From an uncultured Verrucomicrobiae bacterium (GTDB lineage: Bacteria; Verrucomicrobiota; Verrucomicrobiia; Limisphaerales; UBA11358): a stretch of DNA of 64,000 nucleotides. The stretch lies in contig CAWJTA010000002.1 in the NCBI GenBank assembly GCA_963845665.1, positions 611,388-675,387 on the forward strand, given 5' to 3'. Positions within the stretch are counted from its first letter, which is position 1. Every line of letters begins with the position of its first letter. The notes under the pieces are model-generated. The model saw nothing but the letters and a program-made list of their open reading frames with translations, searched no databases and had not been told where the DNA came from. The translations under genes were made by a program, and so were the position numbers. Positions 18,782 through 27,170 of the stretch are shown piece after piece.

Positions 18782-18808
18782 ATGCTGGGGAGATTTATCA
18801 ACGGGCTG

Positions 18809-19252
18809 CTAGGGACCAGCCGGCTCAGGAACGGTTTCGGGCGTGACCTTCCTGAACGTCATCCGGCCTGCCACGCTCGGATGGGCAAAGACCATCTCTG
18901 TGTCCGTCATGTGGTCGAGCGCGAATATTTCCTCGCTCGAATCGGGCAATGCGTCTTTTGTCCTGGTCACCAATAACGTGTCATCTGCGGTCACCCGCCA
19001 AAAACCATCGCGCTCCACGCCTGGCTTGTAGGGGTTTGACGAACGAAATCGGCCGTCGGGATAAAATGTGACAAGGTAAAAGTGCCCGGCGGGATTGTAA
19101 TCGTCAAACCACCACTCGCCGACCACCCGCGCTTTCAAATTAGCGCCCGATACAGTATGCGGTGATACTGAAGGCTGCTGCGGTTGATGCGCGCAAGCTG
19201 CCAGCAAGCAACTCAACGAAAGCACTGAAAAGGCGGCCTTCAAACTCGTCAT
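18809..19252 (-). CDS. Hypothetical lipoprotein
   Basis: The internal ATG at 19252 gives MTSLKAAFSVLSLSCLLAACAH, a lipobox signal. Confidence 0.55.
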   Translation of the reverse strand: MTSLKAAFSVLSLSCLLAACAHQPQQPSVSPHTVSGANLKARVVGEWWFDDYNPAGHFYLVTFYPDGRFRSSNPYKPGVERDGFWRVTADDTLLVTRTKDALPDSSEEIFALDHMTDTEMVFAHPSVAGRMTFRKVTPETVPEPAGP

Positions 19253-19270
19253 GGTACCTGTTCCCCCGAG

Positions 19271-19314
19271 GCTGCTTGTCAACCGTGCCAAAATCAAGGA
19301 ACAAAATTGATGGG
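19271..19314 (-). repeat. Upstream element copy
   Basis: The minus strand reads CCCATCAATTTTGTTCCTTGATTTTGGCACGGTTGACAAGCAGC. It ends 19 nt before the 19252 start. Confidence 0.7.
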
Positions 19315-19325
19315 CACATCACTCG

Positions 19326-20744
19326 CGTTGCATCAAATTAAAAGACACCGGGGCGGCTAAGGGATGGGAGGTCGAAAGTAGTCGTTGACTCATGGGAAAA
19401 AGACACCGGAAAAGACGGTGTTGCATGAACATGAGCCGAGAGATAAAAGATGACCTATTACCGAGATTGCAAACCCGTTACGCCCAGCGGGGCCGGGAAG
19501 GCCGGAGCCGGATGCTCGATGAGCTCTGCCACGATTATCACTACGAACGGAAGTACGCGATTAAGCTGTTGCGGGGGAAGCTGCCTGAGCCCAGCGGGCG
19601 TAAGAAGCCCGGTCCGAGTCGACAGTACGCGGAGATTGAGCCGATTGTGCGAGCGATCTGGTTGGCGGCGGAACAGCCCTGCGGCAAGCGGTTGGCGCCG
19701 GCACTGCGGGTTTGGCTACCGCATTATGAGCGACGGTTTGGCCGGCTCGGGAGTGGGCGGAGGGAGCTGATCAAGAGCATCAGTTCTGCGACGTTAGATC
19801 GATTGCTGGCTGGGGCTCGGGCCGCACATCCTTTGCGTGGCATGAGTGGCACCAAGCCCGGCAGCCTGTTGCGGACGGAAATTCCCATTCGGACGGACAA
19901 CTGGGACATCCTGGTGCCTGGCTTTTTGGAAGCCGACACGGTAGCCCACTGTGGACATAGTTTGGCTGGAGATTTTATCTGGAGCACGATCTTTACGGAT
20001 ATTTTCAGTGCCTGGACGGAGGGGCGAGCTGTATGGAATAAGGGTGCGGCCGGGGTGGTGGCCGCGGTGCAAAGTGTGGAAGCCCAACTGCCCTTCGAGT
20101 TGCTGGGCTTTGACAGTGACAACGGTAGCGAGTTTCTGAACCATCATTTGCGGGATCATTTTGCATTAAGAGCCAAGCCCGTGGGCTTCACCCGTTCGCG
20201 CCCCTACCATAAGGACGACAACGCACACGTCGAGCAGAAGAACTGGATGTGGCCACGCCAACTACTGGGCTATGGACGATTAGAGCGGGCGGAGTTGGTT
20301 GGGCCGATCAACGAACTGTACCAAAAGGCGTGGGGGCCGCTGATGAACTTCTTTCTGCCGAGTTTGAAGTTGAAGAGTAAATGGCGCGAACGCAGCCATT
20401 GGCGAAAGCGATACGAACCGGCGCAAACAGCCTATCAACGGCTGATCGATTGCCCGCGGCTCAATCGCCAGGAGCGGCGAGAGTTGCGCGATCGCTTTGA
20501 AAGTTTGGACCCGTTTAAACTGAAGGAGGAAGTAGAGCGAGGACTGAGCAAAATTTTGGCGGCGGAAGTCGCGCCGAGCCCTTCGGGCGGTTCCGCTCCG
20601 CGGCGAGGCGCTGGCGCGCCTCACCGCTACGCTCCACCGCCCGAAGGGCGCTCTCCCGCAAGGGAGTTGACACCCATCATACGATAAACAAAAAACTATG
20701 GGTTAACGACGACACCTTCGGTGTCTTTTTCCCGTGATGCAACG
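19326..20744 (+). mobile_element. Insertion sequence (about 1.42 kb) with 25-bp imperfect terminal inverted repeats and one rve-type DDE transposase
   Basis: The left end is CGTTGCATCAaattAAAAGACACCG (19326-19350). The reverse complement of the right end (20719-20744) is CGTTGCATCAcgggAAAAAGACACCG. No target-site duplication is evident. Confidence 0.7.
19392..20687 (+). CDS. DDE transposase / integrase core (rve) domain protein
   Basis: 431 aa with rve-like catalytic-region spacing: ..LEADTVAHCG.. then ..LGFDSDNGSEFLN.. then ..HKDDNAHVEQKNW... The likely start is MNMSREIK at 19425. I have not assigned an IS family. Confidence 0.8.
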   Translation: MGKRHRKRRCCMNMSREIKDDLLPRLQTRYAQRGREGRSRMLDELCHDYHYERKYAIKLLRGKLPEPSGRKKPGPSRQYAEIEPIVRAIWLAAEQPCGKRLAPALRVWLPHYERRFGRLGSGRRELIKSISSATLDRLLAGARAAHPLRGMSGTKPGSLLRTEIPIRTDNWDILVPGFLEADTVAHCGHSLAGDFIWSTIFTDIFSAWTEGRAVWNKGAAGVVAAVQSVEAQLPFELLGFDSDNGSEFLNHHLRDHFALRAKPVGFTRSRPYHKDDNAHVEQKNWMWPRQLLGYGRLERAELVGPINELYQKAWGPLMNFFLPSLKLKSKWRERSHWRKRYEPAQTAYQRLIDCPRLNRQERRELRDRFESLDPFKLKEEVERGLSKILAAEVAPSPSGGSAPRRGAGAPHRYAPPPEGRSPARELTPIIR

Positions 20745-20750
20745 GGCACT

Positions 20751-21320
20751 TCAACGCCCTGCGCCTTCGTTTGCCAATATCTGTTCGAGCGTGCGTGCGA
20801 ACACGGCGTAAGCAGTGTCGTCTTCACGCGGATAGAGAACCATGCGCACTTCATCCAGGTTATGAGAGGCCTGCTCCAAATAGTCGATGATGGTCGCAAG
20901 CGCTATCGGCGCAGCCAGCCGGATCGGATAGACGAACGCGCCTGTCGAAATGGACGGAATTGAAATGCTGCGCAAACCATGTTGGGAAGCCACTTCCAGG
21001 CTGCGCCGATATGCGCTAGCCAGCAGCTCAGGCTCGTGTTCGTCGCCGCCTTGCCAGACTGGGCCGACCGCATGAATGACGTATCGCGCCTTGAGGTTGC
21101 CTCCGGTGGTAATAACCGCATCGCCAATAGGACAACCGCCGATGTGCCGGCACTCCTCGTAAATCCGAGGACCTCCTTTCGAATGAATTGTGCCATCAGT
21201 TCCCATGCCCTTATTGAGCCGCCAGTGAGCGGCGGTAACGACCGCGTCGGTATCCTGGTCGGCGATGTCGCCGGTGACGAGGCGCAACGTAGTCCTCCCG
21301 ATGTTGGTTTGCGTAGGCAT
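20751..21320 (-). CDS. Macro domain protein (ADP-ribose-binding / O-acetyl-ADP-ribose deacetylase-like)
   Basis: The internal ATG at 21320 gives ..LRLVTGDIADQDTDAVVTAAH...GTDGTIHSKGGPRIYEEC...ITTGGNLKARYVIHAVGPVW...ISIPSISTGAFVYP.., the canonical macro-domain blocks. Confidence 0.85.
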   Translation of the reverse strand: MPTQTNIGRTTLRLVTGDIADQDTDAVVTAAHWRLNKGMGTDGTIHSKGGPRIYEECRHIGGCPIGDAVITTGGNLKARYVIHAVGPVWQGGDEHEPELLASAYRRSLEVASQHGLRSISIPSISTGAFVYPIRLAAPIALATIIDYLEQASHNLDEVRMVLYPREDDTAYAVFARTLEQILANEGAGR

Positions 21321-21343
21321 GGCAAAGGGTCGCCGAGCCGGTA

Positions 21344-21652
21344 TTAATCTGTCACGCCATCTTCGCCTTCCTTTGGCAGGTTCAACACCGCGATCTCTGC
21401 CAGGAATTTCAGACGCATTTGAGTCAAAAGCGAGGTGGCGAATATCAGGAGTGATCCAACAAAACAACCAGCCAATATCCCGCGCCAGCCCGCCGCAAAC
21501 AACGCCGGCCCTGCGGACGACCAGCCCACAGCAATAGCGGCCAGCATGAGATACATAATGGAGAAAAAAACCTTGCCCCAGATCCTGGCTCTCCGCACCC
21601 CGAATCGCCGGACGATCGGCGTTTGTGAGATGTCTGACGTGTTCATAAACAT
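21344..21652 (-). CDS. Small hypothetical membrane protein
   Basis: 102 aa with two or three hydrophobic segments, 23 nt upstream of the macro gene on the same strand. Confidence 0.5.
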   Translation of the reverse strand: MFMNTSDISQTPIVRRFGVRRARIWGKVFFSIMYLMLAAIAVGWSSAGPALFAAGWRGILAGCFVGSLLIFATSLLTQMRLKFLAEIAVLNLPKEGEDGVTD

Positions 21653-21693
21653 AATAACACCGCTGACTGGCTTTTGTTATGAATCCGCAATTA

Positions 21694-21742
21694 CCTCAAA
21701 CTTCCTCCCAATCCCGCGAAAATCAAGGGACAAAATGAACAG
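21694..21742 (-). repeat. Upstream element copy
   Basis: The minus strand reads CTGTTCATTTTGTCCCTTGATTTTCGCGGGATTGGGAGGAAGTTTGAGG. It ends about 40 nt before the 21652 start and overlaps the 3' tail of the PEP-CTERM ORF. Confidence 0.65.
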
Positions 21743-22481
21743 TAACCGAAACAACCGAGTCCGATTTTTTTAGAGGAAGAGCTCGAGCACGGGCCGCCTT
21801 CCAATACATCAGAGTTAAGAACAGACTACCCAACGCACACAAACTGAATGGGCCGGGTTCGGGGACGGGCGAAGAAGAAAATTGTATGTTGTCCAATATG
21901 TCATACTCACCGAATTCGTCGAGAGGCAAAGTGGCGGCTCCGAACACCAGTTCACCGGTTTGACCAGCAAGCGCTGAGACATCAGCGCCAAAAATCGTGT
22001 AATCGGTACCGCCGCCTATAGTGGCGAAAGGAAGTAATTGGCCATTGAAGGTTACTTGAAGGTTTCCAGCTTCGGGGACGGAGGCCCAGAAGATCAGTGA
22101 TCGTGTGTTCAATGGAATCTGTCCCGTTTGCCCGATGGCGGCCCCGTTTGTGCCGTCTTCAGATATGTCCGTTCCGCCGTACAGCAAAACAGAATAGTTG
22201 CCCTGGATGGAGGGATAGAAATTGGTCGTACCGACCAGGCTGACCCCGGCTAAATCCAAAGGTTCGTCATTGTAAACAACGGTCATGCCGCCGGAGTAAT
22301 TATAATCGTCCCAGCCGTAATACTCTGTCCACCCTGGCACATGGGCATATTCGGTGCTAAATCCAAATTCGTTGGACGTCACGATTGATGCTCGCTCAAA
22401 ATTCAGATTTACGAAGCTCTGAGACAGCCCGCTTTGGCAGAGAAGAAACAGCGTAAAAACGATATTGAGCCGAATTTTCAT
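21723..22481 (-). CDS. PEP-CTERM sorting-domain secreted protein
   Basis: Signal peptide MKIRLNIVFTLFLLCQSGLSQS. The C-terminus has VPEPGPFSLCALGSLFLTLMYW followed by a basic tail. Confidence 0.75.
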   Translation of the reverse strand: MKIRLNIVFTLFLLCQSGLSQSFVNLNFERASIVTSNEFGFSTEYAHVPGWTEYYGWDDYNYSGGMTVVYNDEPLDLAGVSLVGTTNFYPSIQGNYSVLLYGGTDISEDGTNGAAIGQTGQIPLNTRSLIFWASVPEAGNLQVTFNGQLLPFATIGGGTDYTIFGADVSALAGQTGELVFGAATLPLDEFGEYDILDNIQFSSSPVPEPGPFSLCALGSLFLTLMYWKAARARALPLKKSDSVVSVTVHFVP

Positions 22482-22692
22482 GCTACAATTACCGCCAGTT
22501 CGTCTATTACCTCAACGATGCGCCTCAACATCAATTAAAGCAAGTAATAAAATGGATTTGTTAATATCACATTGCAGGCGGACGTCTCAGAACCGCGCAG
22601 CCCTTCTTCATCATTTCAGAAACCGGCCGACAATACCCCTGGTGGCCGCTGCCTGCCGTGCCCTAGCTTTAGCGAAGGCTGGTGCTAACCGC

Positions 22693-23124
22693 CTATCGCT
22701 CGTACAGTGGTATTCTGCCCTCTTTAATATCGATAATTTCCAGAATGTGGACTTCCCGAATACAAGGATTATAGCCGTAACGGCCCTTCTCGCTGGGAAT
22801 TCCCCGGAATGCCATTGTAAAAAAACGGTCCTGCAGGCCAGGAAGAATCAAAGCTGTTTGCAATTCGTCCGGAATTGCACATTTGAAAACCGGATGCCAA
22901 TTTTCGGTTCGATCTTCGTTTGCCTGCAATGGTTGTCTTCCTTGAGTCGCGATCATTCTCATCCGCGTTGGCATGTCCGGAATGGCCACCAAAATCGTTA
23001 TCCATCGATTCAGTGTATAAACGCCCACATAATCCGCAGATTTTCCGGGCCTTACTGGTTGCGTCGAGGGCACCTTGAAGCCTTCATAAACATACGGCAA
23101 ATCAATCATATCGTATGTTGACAC
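22693..23124 (-). CDS. Hypothetical protein
   Basis: 143-aa ORF that looks more protein-like than the overlapping + strand ORF 22465..23121. I recognise no motif. Confidence 0.4.
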   Translation of the reverse strand: MSTYDMIDLPYVYEGFKVPSTQPVRPGKSADYVGVYTLNRWITILVAIPDMPTRMRMIATQGRQPLQANEDRTENWHPVFKCAIPDELQTALILPGLQDRFFTMAFRGIPSEKGRYGYNPCIREVHILEIIDIKEGRIPLYER

Positions 23125-23324
23125 ACAGCCTGAAGTTTTTCAAAGGCAAGCTACGGGGAAAACCTCCGGCTTTGGTCCATGGTGTCATTTTTGGTGACTC
23201 ATTACGTTTATGACAACGCCGTTCGGGTCCGTTACATGAAAAAGGCGAAGGCCCGCAGACATAAATATCGTTTCAAACCTTCTCTCCACGAGCAGGGTCG
23301 ACCTGCCGTTCGGTCCGGGTCAAA

Positions 23325-23897
23325 TTACGATTTTTGCGGCACTTCATAGATGAAATCAAAATCATGTGCAGTCGCAAGCAAAGGAAATCGTAACTCTTTC
23401 ATGTGCGGCGCCGCTCTGCGAATTAAGTCCTGAAATTTAATGACCACCCAAAGGCTGGTCAGATCACAGGCGTCCGAGTAGCGCTCATCGCGAAAGGCCT
23501 TGCCGGCGTAAACCTTTTGCAATGCTTCCAGGCCGGTGATGGGCAGATCGTCGAATTCTCCCGACTGCCAGTTGGACAACCAATTGTAGTCGTCGTGTCC
23601 ACCAAACTTTTGATAGGCAAACGGACTGCAAAACCAGAGGTCAGTATTGATGTCGAAGCCGTTCATCTCAGTATACACAGCCTTGACCTTTGCGGCGGGC
23701 TGCTGACGAATGAAATTGTCGAAATAACCGGCGACCTCCTGCGGTGAATTCGTGATGCCGAGATTTAAGATGGCATGGAATGGCGACTTCGGGAGCGCAG
23801 CGAGATGTTTCGACACAGCCCGCTCGCACTGTGCGAGGTCGCCCGCCCGCAGAACGGGCGTTAGCTGGCGTTGTAATTCGAAGAAGACCTCGTGCAT
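23325..23897 (-). CDS. Hypothetical protein
   Basis: 190 aa. Its ATG overlaps the TGA of the upstream gene by 1 nt (GTGATG). I recognise no motif. Confidence 0.5.
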   Translation of the reverse strand: MHEVFFELQRQLTPVLRAGDLAQCERAVSKHLAALPKSPFHAILNLGITNSPQEVAGYFDNFIRQQPAAKVKAVYTEMNGFDINTDLWFCSPFAYQKFGGHDDYNWLSNWQSGEFDDLPITGLEALQKVYAGKAFRDERYSDACDLTSLWVVIKFQDLIRRAAPHMKELRFPLLATAHDFDFIYEVPQKS

Positions 23898-24340
23898 CAC
23901 TTCCCGGTAACCAGATTCACTTCGCCGCCTTCAATGCCTCGGTGTCCGTCCCGCGATTCGCACAAGGCCTGCTCCTGTTTCCAAACCGCCAGAACGGTCG
24001 CAGGCGGATGGTCCGGCGATTTGCCCCAGGTAAAAATTTCGACATACCTCGTTTTCCCTTCTCCATCGGCGTCTCGAACGATCAGGTGGGGCTCAGAATA
24101 CACCAAGCCCTCTGCGCGATAAACTTTCCAGGCATCCGCGAGCAACGCTTCAAACTCTGCCTCTTTGCCCGACTGGACACGATAGGTAACCATCACAGTC
24201 TCTGAATCATCCTTTGCCGCGGCGCCAGGATGAGTCGTCGAGCAACCGGCAAATGCCAGTAGTGAAACGGCAAACAGCGAAGGAGTTCTCAAAAGACCGT
24301 TGAAGCTCGGAACCGTGGTAGGGACGGCGCGCTGCGCCAT
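23897..24340 (-). CDS. Putative lipoprotein with ABM/Dabb-like (antibiotic biosynthesis monooxygenase-type) domain
   Basis: ..SLFAVSLLAFAGCSTT.. is a lipobox. It is followed by VMVTYRVQSGKEAEFEALLADAWKVYRAEGLV..VEIFTW.., an ABM-like ferredoxin-fold pattern. The candidate start codons lie inside a mosaic repeat, so the start is uncertain. Confidence 0.5.
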   Translation of the reverse strand: MAQRAVPTTVPSFNGLLRTPSLFAVSLLAFAGCSTTHPGAAAKDDSETVMVTYRVQSGKEAEFEALLADAWKVYRAEGLVYSEPHLIVRDADGEGKTRYVEIFTWGKSPDHPPATVLAVWKQEQALCESRDGHRGIEGGEVNLVTGK

Positions 24341-24403
24341 CACCGCCCGTACAGCGGGCGGAACGATTCGCATGCGCCCATCCGAACAACGGTTCCTGGG
24401 AAG
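24314..24403. repeat. REP-like module with CCGCCCG-N5-CGGGCGG hairpin
   Basis: Runs GTGGTAGGGACGGCGCGCTGCGCCATCACCGCCCGTACAGCGGGCGGAACGATTCGCATGCGCCCATCCGAACAACGGTTCCTGGGAAGG. Confidence 0.85.
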
Positions 24404-24478
24404 GACGAAGATTCTCATAGCTTAATTCAAACCTGAATTATGCGGCCGACAGGTTTTTCACCTGCGTCGATGGCACCG

Positions 24479-24814
24479 TCAAAAGCGGTAATAGGCCAAA
24501 AGCGCTACTATGATCAAGACAATAAAAAAGCCGGCGCCCTGGATCCTGATTTTGCGCCTCGATTTCGCGCTTAAAAGTCCGAATTGCCATGGGCGGATGA
24601 TCAACCATAACGGCAACGTCAGCACAGCGGCGACCAATCCCCAGCCCCGGCCAAATACTTTATCCACCAGAATTTGAACGATTACGAGCAAGGCTACAAT
24701 AACCAGACAAATCCAGCTGTGCCTGACGTCGGTCAAGCCCACTGTGTCGTCTTTGTTGAATTGATAAAACATGGTTATTGTTGTTGCCTGGTTGCCGGAC
24801 CGCCGGCGAATCAT
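24479..24814 (-). CDS. Small hypothetical membrane protein
   Basis: 111 aa with three hydrophobic segments. Confidence 0.45.
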   Translation of the reverse strand: MIRRRSGNQATTITMFYQFNKDDTVGLTDVRHSWICLVIVALLVIVQILVDKVFGRGWGLVAAVLTLPLWLIIRPWQFGLLSAKSRRKIRIQGAGFFIVLIIVALLAYYRF

Positions 24815-24831
24815 CGAAAATTGCCATATTT

Positions 24832-24855
24832 CCAGAAAATCAGGTGAAAATTAGC
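24832..24855 (-). repeat. Upstream element, degenerate copy
   Basis: The minus strand reads GCTAATTTTCACCTGATTTTCTGG, against the consensus ATTTTGTTCCTTGATTTTGGGG. It lies 18 nt before the 24814 start. Confidence 0.35.
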
Positions 24856-24869
24856 ATTTCTTAGGCCGC

Positions 24870-25210
24870 TCAATGCTCGTGCCGGAGGCACAACCGGAGA
24901 GTCGCCAGACACGGAGTGTCTGGTTGGCATTCCCCCCAAATTTTACCCTTCCCGAAGGGACGACGAAAGCGTTCCGACGAAGCGACGATAACAATCCACC
25001 TTTACCTCCCAAATCGCGCATCTTGGCCCCTGAACCGAAGGTGGTAGGGACGGCCCGCTGGGCCGTCACCGCCCGTATAGCGGGCGGAAAGATTCGCATG
25101 TGCCCATCCGAATGACGGTTCATGGAAAGTCTCATAATTTGAAATCGCGCATCCAGTCCATGAACCGATGAATTCGCTCGTCGTTACCGCCATCGGCGAA
25201 GCCGCAAACC
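24870..25210. repeat. Mosaic REP-like repeat block
   Basis: Contains the hairpin CCAGACACggaGTGTCTGG, then GGTAGGGACGGCCCGCTGGGCCGTCACCGCCCGTATAGCGGGCGGAAAGATTCGCATG..GGTTCATGGAAAG..CCATGAACCGATGAATTCGCTCGTCGTTACCGCCATCGGCG. Confidence 0.85.
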
Positions 25211-25305
25211 GATAAGCCCTGGAAGGGCGACCGATAATAGCCCCGGGGTTAAATCGTCCGGCATCCCAACCGTACCCACGCCTTTCCAATCGGGCCGAGC
25301 CATGC

Positions 25306-25896
25306 TCATTTGCCACGCCGAAGCAGAGACAGGAACGCATCAAGTTGCGGCTCGGGTCCTGGACCAAGGTTGAGATGACAATTATCAGCCGTGACCGCAC
25401 GGAAAGTCGTCCCGCCACCGACGGAAGCCTGCCCCAACGTGTAGTAATTGACCGCTTTTGTCTGCCGGTGCCGCACAACTGTGGAGAAATACGGTGCGAG
25501 CACCGGTCTCTTTTCAGGGGGCATGCTGCCTAAATCGACACCGGACAAATCAACCGGCGGGGGCGTGGGATACTCCAAAACAAAATAATCACGCGCGTCA
25601 TCGAGCTTGCCAAAATATTCTCGAAACCGTTTCGCATCTTCTCGAATAATATTGATCTTCAGGGCTTGACATACCGTGATGTAAAAAAATGCCCCCACGG
25701 GCAGGCCCTCCGTCAACTTCTTGATGAGGTTGTCGCAATCATTGTAGGCCGAGTACGGCATGGCTGTATAGGCGGTGGCCGCGGGGCTGCCCGCCCAACA
25801 AACCGCTTTAGGAATCCGTCGAATAGTCCCATGTTTATTCTTCTGTATCAGATTGCATTTAATGCTGTCTTTGTATCGGGCCCGACGCTCACACAT
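25306..25896 (-). CDS. Hypothetical protein
   Basis: 196-aa ORF. Its ATG at 25896 overlaps the end of the preceding small ORF by 8 nt. I recognise no motif. Confidence 0.45.
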   Translation of the reverse strand: MCERRARYKDSIKCNLIQKNKHGTIRRIPKAVCWAGSPAATAYTAMPYSAYNDCDNLIKKLTEGLPVGAFFYITVCQALKINIIREDAKRFREYFGKLDDARDYFVLEYPTPPPVDLSGVDLGSMPPEKRPVLAPYFSTVVRHRQTKAVNYYTLGQASVGGGTTFRAVTADNCHLNLGPGPEPQLDAFLSLLRRGK

Positions 25897-26071
25897 TGGT
25901 CTTATAATTCAAACTGTGCACGGGCACGGCAAAATTTCGAAATCCCCAGTTATGCCTGGACGTCTCGAAAATCGTCATCTCCAGGTCCTGAGGCGTGGGT
26001 TTTGTCAGGTAAATGTTTATGTGTTCACTTCCGAGCGGCATCCGGCTATTTAGAATGGCCGGTTCGAACAT
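25889..26071 (-). CDS. Small hypothetical protein (60 aa)
   Basis: The internal ATG at 26071 (MFEPAILNSRMPLGSEHINIYL...) sits immediately after an upstream-element copy. Support is weak. Confidence 0.3.
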   Translation of the reverse strand: MFEPAILNSRMPLGSEHINIYLTKPTPQDLEMTIFETSRHNWGFRNFAVPVHSLNYKTNV

Positions 26072-26073
26072 CG

Positions 26074-26124
26074 CCTCAAAACTGCTCCGGCAGTTGAGCG
26101 AAATCAAGGAACAAAATGAAGGGG
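26074..26124 (-). repeat. Upstream element copy
   Basis: The minus strand reads CCCCTTCATTTTGTTCCTTGATTTCGCTCAACTGCCGGAGCAGTTTTGAGG. Confidence 0.65.
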
Positions 26125-26302
26125 TTAGGAGCGTTGTTTTGATTTGATGCCGAATATCACGCGCCGAAAGCGCAAGCCATAGTAGCCCAGGGCGGTCGCA
26201 AATGGCTGCCACCGCCCTCGGAATTGGCAACCTGGATAATCCGCGCCCTGTCGGGGTGCTCCAAAAGGGACCTTCGTAATATTGTTGGCGTTTTGGACTT
26301 CG

Positions 26303-26523
26303 TTAGCGCCAACGGCGCGTCTCATACCAGCCTCGGCCAACGCCCGAGGTCGAGCGAGCCGGAGGATAAACGCCAATGGCGCAATCTATGAACGGTGGAT
26401 TAAACATCGTTGGCTTAACATGAATTTGATCCGGGCTTTCAGCCCTTGCTGGACGTTTACGTTTCGTTCCTCGGGCGTTGCCCGGGCGTAGCCCCAGGCT
26501 GAATATGGAAAGCGCCGTTGGCG
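26303..26523. repeat. Large imperfect palindrome (about 50-bp arms around a core of about 110 bp)
   Basis: The left arm is GCGCCAACGGCGCGTCTCATACCAGCCTCGGCCAACGCCCGAGG. The reverse complement of the right arm is GCGCCAACGGCGCTTTCCATATTCAGCCTGGGG..AACGCCCGAGG. Each tip is itself a GCGCC-N3-GGCGC hairpin. Confidence 0.7.
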
Positions 26524-26667
26524 CTGGCGCGCAGATACTCTCCCACCCTTCAGTGTCATATTTTAGACTTGCTTATGTTATGGTTTAGTTTTAAAATTCG
26601 CTTCAAGCATTGATCCCAAAGAACGAGTGACTCGTCCTTCGGTCATTTGCTTTGTGAAGGGCCAATT

Positions 26668-26790
26668 ATGCATCCGTTGTCATTATTCGCAGCGGTTTTG
26701 GCGTTTTCCGACCCATGGGTCGCCCAAAGCGGGGCTATCGCCATTGTGGCGCTCTCGGTCGGAGCCATTATTCGCAGCAAAATGCATTAA
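26668..26790 (+). CDS. Possible 40-aa hydrophobic micro-protein
   Basis: ATG preceded by GAAGGG. It encodes MHPLSLFAAVLAFSDPWVAQSGAIAIVALSVGAIIRSKMH, followed by the hairpin CCGGCC-N9-GGCCGG. It is below the ORF-track length cutoff and speculative. Confidence 0.2.
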   Translation: MHPLSLFAAVLAFSDPWVAQSGAIAIVALSVGAIIRSKMH

Positions 26791-27170
26791 AAACCGGCCC
26801 CTGATTTTGGCCGGATTTAACGTTTATCGGGCACGAACGTCAAATTGACGCTCGCACCCTCCGAGGATTTGCGTTTTTTTGCCCCTCATCCCGACAGTCC
26901 CGTTCATACATAAGTATTGGATGTCCAATGATGTAAGCCAGAATAACCGAAGACTTTCGGGATAACGGGATTCCTGATTCCAGCTATTGTTTATAGAAGT
27001 CCGCGCCGACTATTTTGGGAAACTCATGCGAAATCGCTCGCAGTCCGAGCTTCCAACGACGGCGAATAATTCTCCTGGTGGCGGCGGTGCAAACCGCCAT
27101 CGAATCGTTTCTTGATTTTTTTGCGCCACATGGCAGAATATCCGGCTCGATTTGTAGTATCTTTTTGAAT

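Noticed and set aside
26095-26125. Reading the reverse complement of the motif (CCAAAATCAAGGAACAAAATG) as a Shine-Dalgarno plus start codon of a conserved micro-ORF.
   Set aside because: The ORFs that would follow are 8-35 codons long with no conserved peptide (MKGLGALF*, MNSNRNNRVRFF*, MGSISPSNRNRK*). One copy has ATA instead of ATG, and indels between copies are not in multiples of three.
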